From an uncultured Gammaproteobacteria bacterium (GTDB taxonomy: Bacteria > Patescibacteriota > Microgenomatia > Daviesbacterales > UBA10151), in NCBI GenBank assembly GCA_964551255.1, contig CAZKAW010000002.1, positions 1 to 61,905 of the forward strand: a stretch of DNA of 61,905 nt, read 5' to 3'. The notes beneath the pieces were generated by a model. It searched no databases. It was not told the origin of the DNA and saw nothing but the letters and a program-made list of their open reading frames with translations. Both the position numbers and the translations under genes were made by a program. Shown here piece after piece: positions 18,754 through 26,582 of this stretch. Each line of letters starts with the position of its first letter. Position 1 is the first letter of the stretch.

Positions 18754-19947
18754 TCAAAAGAGGGCTTTTTTTACTGCTTCAAAATCTGACCATGGTATCT
18801 CTCTTTTGCCATCTAAATTCATAGATTTCTCATGCCCTTTACCAAAAATTCCTACCGTGTCTCCTTTTTTTGCAAAAGATATCGCCAGTTTAATGGCTTC
18901 CGCCCTATTTCCTTCTACAAAATAATTAACCTCCCTTTTAAACCCCTTCTTTTCTAAACCTGCTGCAATTTGCTGATTGATCGTTTGCAATTCACCTCTG
19001 GGGTCTTCTGCAGTTATTACTGCCATATCAGCTAAATCTCCAGCCACTTTTCCCATTAAAAATCTTTTTTCCTCATCTCTTTTTCCGGCTGATCCAAAAA
19101 CAGCAATCAGCTTTCCACCTCGGGTGTGTAATCGTAAACTCCTCAAAGCTTGTTCCAACCCATTAGGTGTATGGGCAAAATCAATAAAAATCCTGATCCC
19201 TTTATTGTTTTTAATCTCCTCCATTCTTCCGTCAACCGAGGTAAAGTTTCCCAAAGTCTTTACAGCCACTTTGTTATCAATTCCCAGACAAAAAGCCACT
19301 GCCAAAGAGGCTAAAGCATTTTCCAGGTTATAACCGCCAGCCATCTTCAACTTTAACCTATATTTTTTTTGACTGAAATCTCCCTGATTTTTTCCAAATA
19401 ACAAAACGTTGGACGACCGTCTAATAGTTTGTGATAAATCACTGTTAACAACTGACCATTTTGCCTCTTTTAAGAGTTTTAATTTTGCATTTTGATAATT
19501 TTCAAAAGTCTTATGGTAATCAAGATGTTCATGAGTAATATTAGTTATCACCCCTACCTCAAACTTAATTCCCCAAAATCTGTATTGATCCAATCCGTGG
19601 GAGGTAACTTCTAAAACCATATACTCATCGCCGGATTTTACAGATTCACTAATAAATTTTTGTAACATCATAGGGTCCGGGCTGGTAACATGAAGCCCGG
19701 TATCATAAGCTTTCTTAGCAACTACCGCGTTTATTGTGGATATCATTGATGCTTTTTTGCCTGCCGCTTTTAAAATCCGGTAAATCATGTTAACTGTCGT
19801 AGTTTTACCATCTGTCCCGGTAACTCCAATAACCTTTAAGTTTCTGGAGGGAAATCCGTATATCAGGTTGGCTAGCGCAGCTTGCGGCAGATGCCAAAAA
19901 TTATTAATAGCCCACTGTGGTATTAAAATACGTAAAATTTTCTTCAT
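18754..19947 (-). CDS. murE: Mur ligase, MurE-like (short N-terminus)
   Basis: Contains GVTGTDGKTTT, GGYNLENALASLAVA, DFAHTPNGLEQAL, GSAGKRDEEKR and the TAEDPRGE (DNPR-like) motif. The P-loop is at about residue 42. Confidence 0.7.
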   Translation of the reverse strand: MKKILRILIPQWAINNFWHLPQAALANLIYGFPSRNLKVIGVTGTDGKTTTVNMIYRILKAAGKKASMISTINAVVAKKAYDTGLHVTSPDPMMLQKFISESVKSGDEYMVLEVTSHGLDQYRFWGIKFEVGVITNITHEHLDYHKTFENYQNAKLKLLKEAKWSVVNSDLSQTIRRSSNVLLFGKNQGDFSQKKYRLKLKMAGGYNLENALASLAVAFCLGIDNKVAVKTLGNFTSVDGRMEEIKNNKGIRIFIDFAHTPNGLEQALRSLRLHTRGGKLIAVFGSAGKRDEEKRFLMGKVAGDLADMAVITAEDPRGELQTINQQIAAGLEKKGFKREVNYFVEGNRAEAIKLAISFAKKGDTVGIFGKGHEKSMNLDGKREIPWSDFEAVKKALF

Positions 19948-19975
19948 TGAAGCTAATTATATCAGAGAATTCCTT

Positions 19976-21673
19976 TCATTCTGTTGGAGCAATATTGTAA
20001 TAAGTGAAAAGCTGTTTGGCGATTTCAAAAAAGATCGGAGCCGCTGTTTCTGCTCCAAAGACAGAGGAGGACGGTTCATCAAACCGTACCAGCATCACAA
20101 ATTTTGGGTCATCGGCAGGAGCAAAACCAACAAACGAGGCAATAGTTTTATCGGGATCATAATGTCCGGCCACCGGAATTTGAGCAGTCCCTGTTTTTCC
20201 GGCAATTCTAAAACCCTTTGGCTTGGCAAATTTAGCCTCACCTTCATCCACTGCAGCTACCATCATTTCTTTGACAGTTTGGGCTGTTCCCTCTTTAATT
20301 ATTTCCCTTACAATTTTTGGCTTGATTTCAAAAGTTCCCTTTTCATCCCTAATTTCTTTAACCAGGTGGGGTTCCATCAGCTTCCCGCCATTGGCAATTG
20401 CCCCAATTGCCCGCACCATTTGTATGGGGGTGACTGCAATTCCCTGACCAAAAGAAGCAGTAGCTAAATCTATCTCCCTCCACTCGCTTTTTGATCTGAT
20501 ATCAGGAGCAGATTCATCCTGTAAATCTATATCCGTAGCCTTTCCAAAACCGTAATTTTGTAAGTAGGAATAGAACTTATCCATTCCCAATTTCTTGCCC
20601 ACAAATACCATACCGGTATTGTCTGAATGAATAATTATCTCTTTTAAGTTAGTCTCGGGATAATATTTATTATTCCAGGTTCTAATTGAAAAACCTCCCA
20701 AAGAAATAGGCCCAGAACAAATATCACAAATAGTATCGGGCTTAACTAAATCTTCGTTTAAAGCTGCGGACATTACCAAAACTTTAAATGTGGATCCTGG
20801 CTCGTACTGATCTGCCACCACCGGATTTTTGTAATACTGTTTGGGAAAGTCAAAATAATTCAGGGGATCATAATCGGGATATGATGCCAGGGCTAAAATT
20901 GCCCCGGATTTTGGATCCATTACCACTGCCGAGGCGGCTTTAGCTCCATATTTTTCCAAGCCTGATCTTAAACTTTGCTCCACGATATATTGAACAGCCT
21001 GGTCAACATTTAATATTAAGTCCTTGCCATTTTTAGCTTGACTGGTAAGAAAATTACCAATCAAAATAGGTAAGCCCAAAGCATCTTTTTCATGTCTTAT
21101 CAGTCCGGATAATCCCTTAAGCTCTCCATCATAATACCCTTCCAACCCAAAATAGCCTTTATTTTCACCTTTAGCATCTGAGCCTACAAACCCTAAAAGA
21201 TGAGCTGAAGATGATCCTTCAGGATAAAACCTGCTGCTGGTGGTATCAAAACCTATACCTGTTAAATTTAAACTCTCAATCTGTTTCTTATCTTCCAGGG
21301 AAATATTTTTCTTAAGTATTACCCAATATAAATCCTGGGAAAGTTTACCGATCAATTCCTTGGCTAGAAAATCTCTCTCTCCCCCTTCTTTAACTAAAAC
21401 TTTAGCCAGCAAATATCCGGCATTTTTTTTCTGCTCGCTGCCAAGCAGCTTGGGTTGACCAAATAAAGTAAAAGTGGGATTTGATGAGGCTAAAATAGCT
21501 CCATTGCTGAAAAAAATGTTACCCCGGAGTGCGCCAATTTTGACGTCTGTGAAATGCTGGCTCTCTGCTTGAGCCTGTAAATACTCTGCCTTTACCACCT
21601 GCCAGTAAAAAAGCCTGGCAATGATGGCCAAAAAAAGCATCAGAAAGAAAACTTTAATCCAAATAATTCGCAT
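19976..21673 (-). CDS. ftsI: class B penicillin-binding protein (FtsI/PBP2 type transpeptidase)
   Basis: N-terminal TM helix, with the STFK, SDN (HSDNTG) and KTGTA active-site triad motifs. Confidence 0.85.
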   Translation of the reverse strand: MRIIWIKVFFLMLFLAIIARLFYWQVVKAEYLQAQAESQHFTDVKIGALRGNIFFSNGAILASSNPTFTLFGQPKLLGSEQKKNAGYLLAKVLVKEGGERDFLAKELIGKLSQDLYWVILKKNISLEDKKQIESLNLTGIGFDTTSSRFYPEGSSSAHLLGFVGSDAKGENKGYFGLEGYYDGELKGLSGLIRHEKDALGLPILIGNFLTSQAKNGKDLILNVDQAVQYIVEQSLRSGLEKYGAKAASAVVMDPKSGAILALASYPDYDPLNYFDFPKQYYKNPVVADQYEPGSTFKVLVMSAALNEDLVKPDTICDICSGPISLGGFSIRTWNNKYYPETNLKEIIIHSDNTGMVFVGKKLGMDKFYSYLQNYGFGKATDIDLQDESAPDIRSKSEWREIDLATASFGQGIAVTPIQMVRAIGAIANGGKLMEPHLVKEIRDEKGTFEIKPKIVREIIKEGTAQTVKEMMVAAVDEGEAKFAKPKGFRIAGKTGTAQIPVAGHYDPDKTIASFVGFAPADDPKFVMLVRFDEPSSSVFGAETAAPIFFEIAKQLFTYYNIAPTE

Positions 21674-21969
21674 CAGCGAATATATTGTATACTTGAAACA
21701 GGATAAAAACCAAGAGCTGCTGATTTTGAAGCAATGCTTTTTAAAGAAGAATTTTGAGCAATTTCATTTTCCAAAACCTGATTTTCCATTTTTAAGCTTT
21801 TTTCCACAGTAATCAGTTTGTCAAATTTTTCTCCGAAAGCTACCACAGTATTACTGGCCCAAATCTCAATTAATGTTAGGATTATTAAGTTCAAAACTGC
21901 CAAGGCCACGAATTTTTTGTTGACTTTCTTTTTCTCTTCGTCCGTATCAAATGTTTTAATAATAGTCAT
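21673..21969 (-). CDS. ftsL: FtsL-like small bitopic division protein
   Basis: 98 aa with one TM helix followed by a coiled-coil-like segment. It lies between rsmH and ftsI. The call rests on position and architecture only. Confidence 0.5.
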   Translation of the reverse strand: MTIIKTFDTDEEKKKVNKKFVALAVLNLIILTLIEIWASNTVVAFGEKFDKLITVEKSLKMENQVLENEIAQNSSLKSIASKSAALGFYPVSSIQYIR

Positions 21970-22931
21970 AGTACCTTAAATACCCTCATCTTGGCTGATC
22001 TGGAGCTTGGATTAACTTTTAGCTCTTTCTCAGAGGGCGTCACCGGCTTCTTGGTTAAAACCTGACCCAATCCTTGATCTTGCCACGAAAAAAATATGTT
22101 TTTAACAATTCTGTCTTCGAGTGAGTGAAAACTGATAACCACCATATGTCCATTTTTTTCTACAACCTCCTTAACTTGAGCTAAACCCTCCTTTAAAGCG
22201 TTTAACTCATCATTAACGGCAATTCTCAGGGCCTGAAAAACTTTAGTAGCAGGGTGGATTTTCCCGTATTTTCCTAAAGTTTTCTCCACCAGGTAAGCTA
22301 AGTCTCTGGTTGATTTTATCCCTCTTACTTGACGGGCGCCGACCAAAGCTTTAGCCAGCTTCCTAGAATGTTTTTCATTACCCAGTTTAAAAAATAATTC
22401 ACTAAGTTCTCCTTCATTTAAAGCATTTATCAAATCCAGTGCCTTGACCTGTAAAGCAGGATCCATTCTCATATCCAGAGGGCCTTCTTTGCCAAAAGAA
22501 AAACCCCTTTGGGGGGTCTCAAGCTGCAAACTGGAAACCCCAAGATCAAAAATCGCTCCGGCGAATTTCAATCCCCTGGTGTCCGTCTGCTCGCCTCGCT
22601 TCGACCCGCCTAGACGCGAGGCTGGCGAAGCGGGCTGCAATATTAAATTTTTCAAATCCCTAAAATTTCCTCTTATCAAAACAAACTGCCCGCTATACCC
22701 TGCGCCCTGTAACCTTTTTCTTGCTCTCTCCAAGGCCTGGGGGTCCACATCTATTCCAACTACTCTTCCACCCAGCTTCAAAATTTCCAAAGAGTGTCCC
22801 CCGTCTCCTAATGTGCAATCTAAATACCGGTTATTCTTTTTGATATTTAAGATATCCCCAGCTTCTTTTACCAGGACACTCTTATGATAGGTTCCTCCTA
22901 TCAGAGGCTTTGCCTCATGATATCCTTCCAT
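21966..22931 (-). CDS. rsmH: 16S rRNA (cytosine1402-N4)-methyltransferase RsmH/MraW, with internal insertion
   Basis: Contains HKSVLVKE, LDCTLGDGGHS, FDLGVSSLQLE, RGFSF, LDMRMD and SFHSLEDR. There is an extra segment of about 20 aa before FDLGVSS. Confidence 0.9.
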   Translation of the reverse strand: MEGYHEAKPLIGGTYHKSVLVKEAGDILNIKKNNRYLDCTLGDGGHSLEILKLGGRVVGIDVDPQALERARKRLQGAGYSGQFVLIRGNFRDLKNLILQPASPASRLGGSKRGEQTDTRGLKFAGAIFDLGVSSLQLETPQRGFSFGKEGPLDMRMDPALQVKALDLINALNEGELSELFFKLGNEKHSRKLAKALVGARQVRGIKSTRDLAYLVEKTLGKYGKIHPATKVFQALRIAVNDELNALKEGLAQVKEVVEKNGHMVVISFHSLEDRIVKNIFFSWQDQGLGQVLTKKPVTPSEKELKVNPSSRSAKMRVFKVL

Positions 22932-23328
22932 GTTCCTTTTCCAGCTTTTGATATTGTTTCTGCCAAAGATTTACATCCCAAACTTCAAAATGATCCCCGG
23001 CTCCAATTATCTGGACTTCACTTTTGAAATCCAGATTCTCCACAAACTCCTGAGGCAGAATAAATCTTCCCTGGCCATCCAGAGTACACTCTTCTGCCCT
23101 GGGAAAAAGCCCTAACCTCTTTACTCTTCCCTCCTCTGCTGAAAGGGGAAACTTTAAGATACTTTCAGTCAGTTTAAACCAGTTTTTAGGATCAAAACCC
23201 CAAATTTCCCCATTTTGCCCCAAAAGTATGTAAAACTTATCCTCATTACCCAATTCTTTCCTAAATCTCTTTGGTAGGATTAACCTATTCTTGCCGCTGA
23301 AAAAAGTTTTAAAGCTGCCCAAAAACAT
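22915..23328 (-). CDS. mraZ: transcriptional regulator MraZ
   Basis: Two SpoVT/AbrB-like halves are present (GKNRLILPKRFRKEL and GQGRFILPQEFVENL). It is the first gene of the dcw cluster. Confidence 0.9.
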   Translation of the reverse strand: MFLGSFKTFFSGKNRLILPKRFRKELGNEDKFYILLGQNGEIWGFDPKNWFKLTESILKFPLSAEEGRVKRLGLFPRAEECTLDGQGRFILPQEFVENLDFKSEVQIIGAGDHFEVWDVNLWQKQYQKLEKEHGRIS

Positions 23329-23438
23329 ATCTTTTGGACAGATTCACCATCTATAACTATTTTCTGCCATTTTAATACCACTTGTCAAGGGGCAAAAAGA
23401 GAATTACTCAGGAGGAATTAATACCGCAAATATGCCGG

Positions 23439-23472
23439 TCTACCCATAACTCTACCCATACCGGGTATGGGT
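23439..23472. promoter_or_regulatory. candidate operator: TCTACCCATA x2 (12-nt period) plus inverted TATGGGT
   Basis: Direct repeats lie at 23439-23448 and 23451-23460. The second copy forms ACCCATA-N5-TATGGGT with 23466-23472. The site is 111-144 nt upstream of the mraZ ATG. Confidence 0.3.
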
Positions 23473-23492
23473 TGGTTTTACACCCAAGGATC

Positions 23493-23631
23493 TTAGGATT
23501 TTTCCATTCCATTGACAATTTTCCGCTCGAGCGGGTTTTTGTCAAAATTCAACGAGAGAAAAAGCAATCCGATAGATCCATAAAGAAGTATAATTTGTGG
23601 CTCAAGTCTCGATTGAAAAAATCCCAATACC
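23493..23631 (-). pseudogene. displaced or alternative 3' coding remnant of the 23698..24588 gene
   Basis: Reading on from repeat copy 23632-23681 in the repeat's coding frame stays open for 46 codons: RVLGFFQSRLEPQIILLYGSIGLLFLSLNFDKNPLERKIVNGMEKS, ending at TAA 23495-23493. The stretch contains a hydrophobic segment. Confidence 0.35.
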
Positions 23632-23681
23632 CTGGAGGGATTTTTCGCTAATTCCAAAGTTACATCACCTGCAAGAAGTTC
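23632..23681. repeat. 50-bp exact direct repeat, copy 1 (just downstream of the stop of the 23698..24588 gene)
   Basis: The sequence ctggagggatttttcgctaattccaaagttacatcacctgcaagaagttc is identical to 23825-23874. Confidence 0.95.
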
Positions 23682-23697
23682 TTTTGATGATTTGTCA

Positions 23698-24588
23698 TTA
23701 CTTTTTGTTAACTAAAACTGCAAAAATTCCTGCACCGGAGGCTTGGGAGGATAATTTAGATCCTTCTATTTTAGTATCCAACTCCATCCATTCACTACCA
23801 TCATGGTGATAAAGTTTAGCCTCACTGGAGGGATTTTTCGCTAATTCCAAAGTTACATCACCTGCAAGAAGTTCCTTGGCAATTGGCACATTAAGCGAGT
23901 AAACTTTACCTAGCACAATTTTGCCAGAAGGTAATTTAGGCACACCTGTTAAATCATTAATTATAGAAAACCCAATATTGGAAAGTTCCTGCCTGTCCCC
24001 TTCTATCTTGTAAACCAAATGACCATCACCGGAGATTAAACTGCCCAAAGCCACATCCGGTTTTTGCAAATGCCATTGGGTAATCATTCTGTATGCTTTG
24101 TTCCCTTTTTTAATATGCAAAGCCAAAGTACCATTTTCTACTCCCTGATCATACTTGCAGACATTTTTGGAACAAGTCCCAAACAAAACCTCCTGTTCGT
24201 ATTCTCCCTTTTTATCCTTAGTATCAATGGTCCCCTGCACTCCCCTATCTATACTTCCTCCACTGCTTACCCCATCTTCATTGTCCAAAATTTTGTTACC
24301 TAAAACAGCTGTCTCCTCAACCGTACTGGTATAAGCCAGTTCATAAGTAATTGAATCATAAGAGGTTGTTCTTTTTAAGCTTAGAATTAAAGCATTTCCA
24401 TCACGTCTGGGGTAGAGCAAAGCATAAGGACCTTCTGCCTCAAAAAATAAATCTGCTTCCTCAACTGAACTTTTATTTTGGGTAAATTTTTGGGAAAAAG
24501 AAAAACCTCCAAGAAGAAGTAAAATTAAAGCCCCTACTAAAATGACAGTCTTTTTGTGGACTGTCAGAAAAAGTTTCAATTTTTCCAC
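23698..24588 (-). CDS. hypothetical membrane-anchored extracytoplasmic protein
   Basis: N-terminal TM helix (TVILVGALILLLLGGFSF), a beta-rich body and a short hydrophobic C-terminal tail. No family was recognised. Confidence 0.6.
   Translation of the reverse strand: MEKLKLFLTVHKKTVILVGALILLLLGGFSFSQKFTQNKSSVEEADLFFEAEGPYALLYPRRDGNALILSLKRTTSYDSITYELAYTSTVEETAVLGNKILDNEDGVSSGGSIDRGVQGTIDTKDKKGEYEQEVLFGTCSKNVCKYDQGVENGTLALHIKKGNKAYRMITQWHLQKPDVALGSLISGDGHLVYKIEGDRQELSNIGFSIINDLTGVPKLPSGKIVLGKVYSLNVPIAKELLAGDVTLELAKNPSSEAKLYHHDGSEWMELDTKIEGSKLSSQASGAGIFAVLVNKK
23825..23874. repeat. 50-bp exact direct repeat, copy 2 (inside the CDS, encodes ELLAGDVTLELAKNPS)
   Basis: Identical to 23632-23681, at an offset of 193 bp. 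Confidence 0.95.
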
Positions 24589-25899
24589 TTATTCTATCTT
24601 ATCACTAAGATAAGAGTTCAAGTCAACTATTTTTACTCTGTCCTGTTTAGTACTATCTCTATCTCTCACTGTTACAGATTGATCTTTCAAACTGTCAAAA
24701 TCTACCGTGATACAAAAGGGGGTGCCAATCTCATCTTGCGAGGCATATCTTCCTCCGATATTGCCCCTATCATCAAAAGCCACCATAAATTCTTGTTTCA
24801 AATCTTCATAAATTTGCCGAGCTAATTTCACCAGTTCCGGTTTGTTAGCAAGAAGCGGGAAAACAGCAGCTTTGTATGGAGCAATTTTAGGAGAAAGCTT
24901 AAGAAATACCCTCCCCTCTTCTTCAGTATAAGCATCTATTAAAAGAAAGAGTGTTGATCTATCAACTCCCGCTGATGTTTCTATATCCCATGGAATATAC
25001 TCCTCACCAGTTTCCGGATCTCGATACTTCATATCCTGACCGCTATATTCTTCATGCCTTGATAAATCCCAATCACCTCTATGGTGAATTCCCATAAATT
25101 CAGACCATCCAAAGGGAGCTTTATATTCAATATCACAGGCAGCTTTGGCATAATGAGCCCTTTCTGTATCTGCATGATCCCGAAACCTTAAATTTTCTTT
25201 TTTCATCCCCAAAGACAGATACCAGTCCATCCTGTTTTGTTTCCAATACTCAAACCACTTTTCCCCCTCTTCTTTGTTGGGCCTTATATAAAATTGAACT
25301 TCCATTTGTTCAAATTCCCTTGAACGGAAAGTAAAATTTCCGGGTGTTATCTCATTTCTAAAAGCTTTTCCGATTTGGGCAATTCCAAAAGGAATCCTGA
25401 CTCTAGTGGAATCCAGAACATTTTTAAAATTAACATGCACTCCATTGGTAATCTCCCCTCTCAAATATATTTCAGACTGTTTACCCTCTAAAACTCCTAA
25501 GTATGCTTTGACTAAAAGATTAAACTGCTGGGGCTCCGTCCATTCTGCTTTCTTATCTTTATGAGTCGCCTGATGAACTTCAATTTCATCTATTTTATCT
25601 GCTCTAAATCTGAGGTTGCAAATTTTGCACTCAACCAGTGGATCTGAAAAAGCCTCTACATGACCTGATGCTACCCAGGCCCTTGGATTCATCATGATAG
25701 CGCCGTCCACTCCAACTATATCTTCCCGCAACTGCACCATTTCTTTCCACCATAAATCCTTTAGGCTCTTTTTCAAAAGAGATCCTGTCGGACCATAATC
25801 CCAGATTCCACCAAGTCCTCCATATATTTCAGAACCTGGAAATATAAATCCCCGGCGCTTACACAAAGCTACAATTTTTTGCATTAAATCCTGATCCAT
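24589..25899 (-). CDS. glyQS: glycine--tRNA ligase (dimeric alpha2 type)
   Basis: The N-terminus is KRRGFIFPGSEIYGGLGGIWDYGPTG. Class II motifs FRNEITPGNFTFRSREFEQME and GADRS-like GVDRS are present. Confidence 0.9.
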   Translation of the reverse strand: MDQDLMQKIVALCKRRGFIFPGSEIYGGLGGIWDYGPTGSLLKKSLKDLWWKEMVQLREDIVGVDGAIMMNPRAWVASGHVEAFSDPLVECKICNLRFRADKIDEIEVHQATHKDKKAEWTEPQQFNLLVKAYLGVLEGKQSEIYLRGEITNGVHVNFKNVLDSTRVRIPFGIAQIGKAFRNEITPGNFTFRSREFEQMEVQFYIRPNKEEGEKWFEYWKQNRMDWYLSLGMKKENLRFRDHADTERAHYAKAACDIEYKAPFGWSEFMGIHHRGDWDLSRHEEYSGQDMKYRDPETGEEYIPWDIETSAGVDRSTLFLLIDAYTEEEGRVFLKLSPKIAPYKAAVFPLLANKPELVKLARQIYEDLKQEFMVAFDDRGNIGGRYASQDEIGTPFCITVDFDSLKDQSVTVRDRDSTKQDRVKIVDLNSYLSDKIE

Positions 25900-25902
25900 A
25901 TA

Positions 25903-26553
25903 TTAAATTTTTTTTAAAAGCCTTCTACTTTTAAGCTGACCTTCAATTACGCTTTCTACATGATACCTTAAGATTCTTTCAAGTTCTAGAGCCTGCTTTT
26001 TCTTAATCTCCATCTTTTCAATCCCATCCCAGGGTAGTTTTTCCAAATCCTCTAGTATTTTTCTAATTCGAATTGACACCCCAAGGGTGGAGGTATAACT
26101 TTTAAAAGCAAAATTCATAAATCCTAAGGCTGATAGTGTTTTGACTTCAAAAGCCCTAACCAAGATTTGTCTTGGCCTGCTTTCCAATCTTTTTAAAACT
26201 TGAACCAAGTGTTCATACAAAATCCTATTTTCCTGATTTTCTGCTGCCAGTTTATCTGCCAGTTCCATTATATGGAAGGCATAAGTAGAAAGGGTTAAAT
26301 CCTCTTTAAGTTTGGAATAAGTATCCAAAGACTGAGCCTCGGTTAAAATAAAAAAGTTTTTTCCCGGATGTAAAAACATAGAAACTTTGTTAAGTAGTTC
26401 CACATTCCCAGCCCTTCTTGAGGTAATCCTTCTTACTCCTTTTGCCAATATTGAAAGTTTTCCCCTTTGCAAAGTAAAAACAGTTAAAATCCGGTCAGCC
26501 TCCCCCAAATTTTTTCTTCTTAAAATAATCCCTTCAGCCTTAAACCCTCTCAT
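25903..26553 (-). CDS. recO: DNA repair protein RecO
   Basis: The N-terminal OB-fold signature AEGIILRRKNLGEADRILTVFT is present. Size is 216 aa. Confidence 0.8.
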   Translation of the reverse strand: MRGFKAEGIILRRKNLGEADRILTVFTLQRGKLSILAKGVRRITSRRAGNVELLNKVSMFLHPGKNFFILTEAQSLDTYSKLKEDLTLSTYAFHIMELADKLAAENQENRILYEHLVQVLKRLESRPRQILVRAFEVKTLSALGFMNFAFKSYTSTLGVSIRIRKILEDLEKLPWDGIEKMEIKKKQALELERILRYHVESVIEGQLKSRRLLKKI

Positions 26554-26582
26554 GGAGGAAGTTTAACCTAAGAAAAGTGGAT

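Noticed and set aside
23360-23388. TTGACA on the mraZ strand (23388-23383), considered as the -35 box of the dcw promoter.
   Set aside because: No acceptable -10 hexamer was found at 16-19 nt spacing by eye. It is not reported as a feature.
23523-23540. Palindrome ccgctcgagcgg followed by T5, considered as an intrinsic terminator.
   Set aside because: The perfect palindrome leaves only about a 4-bp stem once a loop is allowed. The T-run is on the plus strand, where no upstream gene exists. On the minus strand no U-tract follows. It also lies inside the open remnant frame (PLER).
23382-23651. 89-aa plus-strand ORF in the mraZ upstream region.
   Set aside because: It has a non-ATG start and a basic, low-complexity translation. 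It overlaps the candidate operator and the displaced C-terminal remnant encoded on the other strand.
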